A DNA stretch of 64,000 nt, taken from contig JBLYPX010000001.1 in the NCBI GenBank assembly GCA_048538235.1, positions 392,013-456,012 of the forward strand, read 5' to 3'. Positions 58,414-64,000 of this stretch are shown here, one piece after another. The notes below the pieces were generated by a model, which saw only the letters and a list, made by a program, of their open reading frames with translations, ran no database searches and was not told the DNA's origin. The position numbers were made by a program, and so were the translations under genes. The DNA comes from Candidatus Komeilibacteria bacterium. Its GTDB lineage: Bacteria; Patescibacteriota; Patescibacteriia; UBA1558. Positions within the stretch are counted from its first letter, which is position 1. Each line of letters begins with the position of its first letter.

Positions 58414-60132
58414 TTATTTAATAATTTTCATATCTTGCACTGTCATTTGTAATTCTCTATTACCATTCCATTCATTAACTCCAATTTTACAAACAATATC
58501 TACTTTAGAATCCAGTTTTAAATCTTTAGCCCAGTCACCCAATCCAAAAGCAATAGCTTTTCTTTTTAAACCATTCTTTTCCAATAACAGTCTTAAATGT
58601 TTGTTATCATTACCAACTGTTTGCCATTCTTTAACAAGCAAATCTTTAATTAAAAAATTTGGTTCTTCATTACCAATACCAAATGGTTCAAATTTTTCAA
58701 CCGATTCAAATAAATCCCAAGTAAAATCTTTTAACTCAATTTCTGCTTCTACTTCAATACCCGGCCTTAGATCAATATCTTTAAGTACTTTCTTAGAATA
58801 TTTTTCTAATTCTTTCTTAAACTTTTCTAAATTTTCTGGTTCTAGAGAAAAACCACAAGCTCCTACGTGTCCACCAAATTTCATTAATAATGGAGCTGAA
58901 TTATGTAAAGCCTCTGTAACGTCAAAACCTGTTACTCCTCTACCTGAACCTGTATATTTACTACCAACCTTGGTAATGGCATAAACTGGTCTGTAATATT
59001 TACGAGCTAGTCTTCCAGCAACAAGTCCTACAATACCAGCTGGCCAATCTTCTGAAAAAACAACTAAAGCATGTTTAGGAATCTCTTTTTCACCATACTC
59101 TTCATTAATTTGTTTTAATGCATCTGTAACAGAACTTTCTGTAGCCTTCTGTCTTGCTTCATTACTCTGGTTTAGTAGATGAGACATTGTAATAGCTTTT
59201 TCTACATTATCTGTAGTGAGTAGATCAAAAGCTAAATTAGCATGTTCAAGTCTACCGGCTGCATTAATCCTGGGGTTGATCTGCCAACCAATAACTTGTG
59301 TAGTAATATTATTAGGATCAACGCCAGCACCTTCATACATTTTTTGTAATCCTAATCTTTTTGTCTTTTGCAAAACTACCAAACCATATTTAACTAGCGT
59401 CCTATTCTCTCCCACTAAAGTCATCATGTCTCCAACTGTACTTAAAGCTACCAAATCTAGTAGCCACTTTTCTTTTATCTCAATATCCTTCTCATCTAAT
59501 TTTAACTCTTTTGATCTAAATAATGCTTGAGCTAATTTAAAAGCTGTGCCACCACCAGATAACATTTTAAAAGGGTATGTTTCTTTAGGAAGTCTGCAAT
59601 GAATAATTGCTGTAGCTTCTGGTAATTTCTTTGGCATATCATGATGATCTACTATGATAGTATCCATACCCATATTCTTTGCCAATTTCACTTCTTCTGC
59701 ATTACTTATACCACAATCTACAGTTATTATTAGATTAGCTTTATCTGCCTGTATTTTATCTACTGCAGTTTTATTCAAACCATAACCTTCTTTATCTCTA
59801 TGTGGTATATAGCTAAAATGATCTATATCTAACTCTTTTAAAGCAGAAGATAAAATAACTGAACCGGTCACACCATCTACATCATAGTCTCCAAAAATAC
59901 AAACTCTCTCTTTATTCTTTTTAGCCTCCATTATTCTTTCAACTGCCTTTTCCATATCTTTAAATAGATAAGGGTCATGAATATCTTGAGAAAAATCTGG
60001 TTGTAAAAACTCATCTACCTGATCTTGATTTTTAAGACCTCTATTAAAGATCAATTGCAAAACAACCGGATTGATTTCCGGGAATTGTTCTATCTCTTTA
60101 TCTGTTATTTTAGGTAATAAATTCCAATTCAT
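58414..60132 (-). CDS. recJ: single-stranded-DNA exonuclease RecJ
   Basis: GDYDVDG, TVDCG, DHH, PRINAAGR, GSGRG, GGHVGACG. Confidence 0.96.
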   Translation of the reverse strand: MNWNLLPKITDKEIEQFPEINPVVLQLIFNRGLKNQDQVDEFLQPDFSQDIHDPYLFKDMEKAVERIMEAKKNKERVCIFGDYDVDGVTGSVILSSALKELDIDHFSYIPHRDKEGYGLNKTAVDKIQADKANLIITVDCGISNAEEVKLAKNMGMDTIIVDHHDMPKKLPEATAIIHCRLPKETYPFKMLSGGGTAFKLAQALFRSKELKLDEKDIEIKEKWLLDLVALSTVGDMMTLVGENRTLVKYGLVVLQKTKRLGLQKMYEGAGVDPNNITTQVIGWQINPRINAAGRLEHANLAFDLLTTDNVEKAITMSHLLNQSNEARQKATESSVTDALKQINEEYGEKEIPKHALVVFSEDWPAGIVGLVAGRLARKYYRPVYAITKVGSKYTGSGRGVTGFDVTEALHNSAPLLMKFGGHVGACGFSLEPENLEKFKKELEKYSKKVLKDIDLRPGIEVEAEIELKDFTWDLFESVEKFEPFGIGNEEPNFLIKDLLVKEWQTVGNDNKHLRLLLEKNGLKRKAIAFGLGDWAKDLKLDSKVDIVCKIGVNEWNGNRELQMTVQDMKIIK

Positions 60133-60224
60133 AGCAGTTTTAATTATATCTTAGATACTTCTTATAAACAAGGTAAATAAAAAGCGCCGTTATGTAAACC
60201 GACGCTCAGTCTTGATTATTGCAA

Positions 60225-60686
60225 TTATGCAAAAATACCAACACGTTGCCACCAATGGGGCTTAAAAATGACAGCAGCAGCTTTGGGGCTATTATCCTCA
60301 CAAATATCTGCTCTTAGTGGGTTGTCTTGTATATTTTGATTCGAAATAAATCCAAACTTACAATCACCCTCACCCAAATACACTCTAATGATTAAAGTGC
60401 CTGATTCATCGGAATTCGCAAACCCAAATGGATCAAATCTGGTCATATCTTTGTGAGAAGCATCCCACTTAAAACCAACAAGAACTGAAAACGGTTTAGC
60501 TGCTGATATTATAACATTTTGCATACCCACACCGCGTTCACTACTATACGTGTAATCCCACAGATACAGCTGATTAGTACTATGAGCATAATCTGAGATG
60601 AAGCTAAACTTATTCAACATTTCTTTTACAAGGAAAACAGATATGCTCACGACAACGAGTAGTATCAATATATAAAGAACAAACAT
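60225..60686 (-). CDS. orphan membrane-anchored hypothetical protein
   Basis: N-terminal TM, AGGAGG RBS, TTGACA-17-TATAAA promoter at about 60725-60753. Confidence 0.7.
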   Translation of the reverse strand: MFVLYILILLVVVSISVFLVKEMLNKFSFISDYAHSTNQLYLWDYTYSSERGVGMQNVIISAAKPFSVLVGFKWDASHKDMTRFDPFGFANSDESGTLIIRVYLGEGDCKFGFISNQNIQDNPLRADICEDNSPKAAAVIFKPHWWQRVGIFA

Positions 60687-60821
60687 TGCACACCTCCTTT
60701 TCTATAATATTCATGCAATACATCTTTATAACATAGATTTATACAAATGTCAATATATATAATAAAAATAAGGCTGATCTGTAAAAGATTAACCTATTTA
60801 TTAATAATTTATATCCTACCT

Positions 60822-61247
60822 TTAACCTCTAGATAATATTATAACTCCCAACAGAGTAACTAATATACCAATAGCTTTTACCCAACTTAAAGGTTCTTTG
60901 ATAATAATCATTCCAAGAAGAACTGCTACAATAATAGTCCCGCCTACAACTAGCGGATTACCAATACTCAAAGGCGCTCCCTTAGTAAACATGAACAAAT
61001 AGAACATTTCAGCAATACCGGTAAAAACACCTGCTAAAATTGGTATAGATATAGAATTTTTAGATAGAACAAGTTCTTGTCCACTTAATTTAAACAACAA
61101 AGCAATTACCAAGGCAACCAAAAAAGATGAACCAGTAATAAACACCAGGGCTATAATAGGATTTAGCTTATCAGCACTAATCTTTGTAAAAAAATTATAA
61201 AATCCAAAACTTACAGCAGCTAAAATTCCAAATAATACCCAAGCCAT
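60822..61247 (-). CDS. EamA/DMT family single-domain transporter
   Basis: 5 TM, KEPLSW..AIGILV. Confidence 0.85.
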   Translation of the reverse strand: MAWVLFGILAAVSFGFYNFFTKISADKLNPIIALVFITGSSFLVALVIALLFKLSGQELVLSKNSISIPILAGVFTGIAEMFYLFMFTKGAPLSIGNPLVVGGTIIVAVLLGMIIIKEPLSWVKAIGILVTLLGVIILSRG

Positions 61248-61541
61248 TTATACTTTTCCTTTCTTATTATTTTCTTTCTTCTCCCTGTGTTTCTTTATTT
61301 TAATACTAATAGCAGCATCAGGACAAATACGTTCACACATACCACATTTAATACAAATATCTAAATCTGCATCAATAGCTGGACTACCAAATCTACCTAA
61401 GTTTTTATCATGAAACTTAATACAATTAACCGGACAGAATTCAATGCAAAGACCACAGCCCTTACATAAATCTAAATGGTTATCATAAACTACATCATCG
61501 TTTTCTTTCCTGTATGTTTTAAAATCTTTTTTTACTTTCAT
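61248..61541 (-). CDS. 2[4Fe-4S] ferredoxin / 2-oxoacid oxidoreductase delta subunit
   Basis: CKGCGLCIEFCP and CIKCGMCERICP. Confidence 0.92.
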   Translation of the reverse strand: MKVKKDFKTYRKENDDVVYDNHLDLCKGCGLCIEFCPVNCIKFHDKNLGRFGSPAIDADLDICIKCGMCERICPDAAISIKIKKHREKKENNKKGKV

Positions 61542-62086
61542 ACTAAATTATATCCATATTTAATAGCTTCTTCATTAAGCTTCTTTAGTTCTGGTTTGGC
61601 TACATATTTCTTAGCAAACTTATTATGTGCTTCTTTAATAATAGTCTGCAATGGAATAGAATCCATTGTTTTAACAACCAACCCTAAAACAATCATATTA
61701 AAAAGTCTAGTACTGCCCATTTCACGAGCCATTTCATTAAAATGAAAACCTTTATTTTTTTTTGGTAACTTTCTTTCTACAAAATCCATGTTATAGAAAA
61801 CTGAAGTTTTGGGACCAATATGTTGTTCTACTCTATCTATTGACCTATCTGAAAGCAAAACCATAATATCTGCTATAGAAAACTTAGGGTAAGATATCAC
61901 ATCTGAAGAGGTACGTACAAAAGCAATAGAAACTCCACCTCTTTGCTCTACACCATAATTTGGTACATAAGCAACTGGTACTTTTTGATTGTAAGCTGCA
62001 TTAACAATAATCTTGGCTACAGTTTGGGCACCTTGACCACCTTCACCAGCTATACATATATTTAATTTTTTATTTAGATGAAGCAT
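61538..62086 (-). CDS. 2-oxoacid:ferredoxin oxidoreductase gamma subunit
   Basis: AGEGGQG, YGVEQRGGVS, NMIVLG. Confidence 0.9.
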   Translation of the reverse strand: MLHLNKKLNICIAGEGGQGAQTVAKIIVNAAYNQKVPVAYVPNYGVEQRGGVSIAFVRTSSDVISYPKFSIADIMVLLSDRSIDRVEQHIGPKTSVFYNMDFVERKLPKKNKGFHFNEMAREMGSTRLFNMIVLGLVVKTMDSIPLQTIIKEAHNKFAKKYVAKPELKKLNEEAIKYGYNLV

Positions 62087-62819
62087 TTTCCTTAGGTTTA
62101 AGTTTAGCAGCTTTAAATTCACCAACCGGATACTGCTTTTTTAATTTATTTAAAAACTCTCTTGTTTCTTTAGCATCTGTATGCCAATTAGTAGGACAAA
62201 AAGATAGTACTTCAACAAGTGAAAATCCATTATTATTTATTTGCCAATCTAAAGCCTTACGAATATAGTTTTTTAATTGGACCGGATTATCTACTGTAGC
62301 TCTAGCAATATATACCTCTTCATCTAGCATTTCTGAAAGCATTCTAGGACCTTGTATTAAATGACTATCTGCACCAGTAACAGTTGTTGTGGTTGTTTGT
62401 CCTGGTAAAGATGTTGGTGCTTCTTGTCCACCCGTCATGCCATAGACAGCATTATTAATAACTATAACGGTGATAGGTTCATTGCGCATACGAGCATTAA
62501 CAAGATGTTGAGCACCAATAGCATAACCACCGCCATCTCCAACAATAGCGATTGCAACAGAATCTGGTCTAGCTTTTTTCATACCAGTCACAACAGGTAT
62601 GGTTCTACCATGGTGAGTTTGCATTGTATCTACATTTAGGAAATCCCAGGATAGTAAAGCACAACCAATGTCTAAACCAACAAAGGTCTTATTCTGTATC
62701 TTAAGTTCGTCTATATTATATCCTAATGCTTTGTACATTAAAGGATAACCACATCCTGCACAGAAGTTATGTGGTTTAGAGGAAACTTTCCAACATTTTG
62801 GGATTGCTAAATCTGTCAT
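62070..62819 (-). CDS. 2-oxoacid:ferredoxin oxidoreductase beta (TPP-binding) subunit
   Basis: FCAGCG, IGC, HGR, GDGG...NNAVYGMTGGQ, CPTNW. Confidence 0.92.
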   Translation of the reverse strand: MTDLAIPKCWKVSSKPHNFCAGCGYPLMYKALGYNIDELKIQNKTFVGLDIGCALLSWDFLNVDTMQTHHGRTIPVVTGMKKARPDSVAIAIVGDGGGYAIGAQHLVNARMRNEPITVIVINNAVYGMTGGQEAPTSLPGQTTTTTVTGADSHLIQGPRMLSEMLDEEVYIARATVDNPVQLKNYIRKALDWQINNNGFSLVEVLSFCPTNWHTDAKETREFLNKLKKQYPVGEFKAAKLKPKENASSK

Positions 62820-62828
62820 TATTTTAAA

Positions 62829-63311
62829 TTAAGAACAATCAACACCAGAGGGCGTAACAGTACAATCAGCTGCAGCTGTTGTGCCTAAAGCAGAATTTGC
62901 CTGCTCTAAATAAATATATATTGTATACGTTTGCGAATCTGATGTTGGTAAAGTACTAAAACTCATCTGACATACATCTGCTGCTGCATCTACACATCCA
63001 GTTAAAGTAGAAGCGTTTGGATCTTGAAGATCTGCTACTCTTGGTATATATGTTTCAAGACCTGATGCTGTGCAAGTATGAATAGCTATAGGTGCAGTAG
63101 TGTCTGTACACGCAGACAAATCATAATCTCCTTGATCATCATAAATAAATTCCATTGCCGTTTGAACAGCTTTAACTTGCGACAACCTCTTTGAATCTCT
63201 AGCTTTTTCTCTGCCAGAGTTTAAAGATACAACAGCCATTGTACTAATTAAACCAATAATGGCTATAACTACTAACAACTCCAATAATGTAAAACCTTTA
63301 TTATTTTTCAT
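62829..63311 (-). CDS. type IV pilin / pseudopilin
   Basis: KG-FTLLELLVVIAIIGLI prepilin cleavage motif; ARDSKR. Confidence 0.92.
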   Translation of the reverse strand: MKNNKGFTLLELLVVIAIIGLISTMAVVSLNSGREKARDSKRLSQVKAVQTAMEFIYDDQGDYDLSACTDTTAPIAIHTCTASGLETYIPRVADLQDPNASTLTGCVDAAADVCQMSFSTLPTSDSQTYTIYIYLEQANSALGTTAAADCTVTPSGVDCS

Positions 63312-63312
63312 A

Positions 63313-64000
63313 TTATTTAATTAATTTTATTATTTCTTCTGGTGTTATACCAAGGCCTGGACGGCCATAATGTTTAATAGGAATATTTAATCCGTATAAA
63401 GCTTCTTTAACTAATTTTAATAATTGATTATGAGCAGACTCTACTACAATAATCTTTTTAATCCCTTTTAATGCTTTCTTTAATTCTTTATCTGGAAAAG
63501 GATTTAATGTAATTGGTCTAAACATGCCAAACTTTTTCTTTTTACCGTCTGTATTGATAGCTTCTTTAACTGCTCCTGCTACTAAACCATGAGCTATTAC
63601 TATAGTATCTAGACTTCCTTTTTTGTATAGCTCATACTCTGTTACTTTTGTCTTCATTTTTAAAAAGTCAGACATTAATACTTTATTAACTTCAAAAGTT
63701 TGTTCTTCAGTTACAAAAGTATTAGATAAATTAACATAGTCAGATTCTTTGTTTGGATTTCTTTTATCTGACTTTAACATTAATGGATAGGACTTAACTA
63801 AATTCTTTGGCTTATATATATTTACTTCTTGTCTGGTTTTAACAACATAGCCGTCTGTTAGAACAAGAGTTGGAAATCTATATGTCCAAGCTGTATTAAA
63901 AGCTTTAATAGTATAATCATATAGCTCTTGAATATTCATTGGTGAATATACCACTCTGTATCCTTCAGAATTACCACCCCAGCCTGTTAGAATTACTTCT
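63313..64000 (-). CDS. 2-oxoacid:ferredoxin oxidoreductase alpha subunit (5' part outside the window)
   Basis: Frame open to the window end (GWGGNSEGYR); AFNTAWTYRFP..LTDG, FRPITLNPFP, VVES...Q. Confidence 0.88.
   Translation of the reverse strand, partial: EVILTGWGGNSEGYRVVYSPMNIQELYDYTIKAFNTAWTYRFPTLVLTDGYVVKTRQEVNIYKPKNLVKSYPLMLKSDKRNPNKESDYVNLSNTFVTEEQTFEVNKVLMSDFLKMKTKVTEYELYKKGSLDTIVIAHGLVAGAVKEAINTDGKKKKFGMFRPITLNPFPDKELKKALKGIKKIIVVESAHNQLLKLVKEALYGLNIPIKHYGRPGLGITPEEIIKLIK

Noticed and set aside
1-64000. Alternative genetic code (UGA=Gly) as in Gracilibacteria/Absconditabacteria
   Set aside because: Conserved genes translate full length under code 11 with no internal UGA breaks.

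Overview
AT-rich bacterial chromosome segment read with genetic code 11. Its gene content (SecD/SecF, two mreB copies, short ProRS, archaeal-type AMP/RuBisCO salvage pathway, VirD4-like ATPase pair, S-layer-like proteins, DUF5667/ECF sigma, type IV pilin) points to a Patescibacteria/CPR (Parcubacteria/ABY1-like) genome; this assignment is an inference. Layout: 1-13.9 kb cell-surface glycosylation cluster and an S8 protease; 13.9-28.9 kb surface proteins interleaved with toxin/accessory genes; 29-32.7 kb AMP phosphorylase, RuBisCO and R15P isomerase; 32.7-46.8 kb ATPase pair, secDF, GT4 cluster and RNase P RNA; 46.8-64 kb cell-shape, translation and DNA-repair genes and a 2-oxoacid:ferredoxin oxidoreductase operon. 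Main observation: a 126-aa putative BECR/RelE-like RNase gene (27243-27623) is flanked by two convergently transcribed, homologous three-way-junction ncRNAs. Each has its own sigma70 promoter and terminator, they share a UGAAGY-GAAA-GCUUUA core, and their stems covary. This is a candidate new RNA-antitoxin (type III-like) system. A second toxin with no adjacent protein antitoxin (PemK/MazF, 14056-14451) also has a promoter-driven convergent small structured RNA. All RNA, promoter and terminator calls were read by eye; no database search was run.
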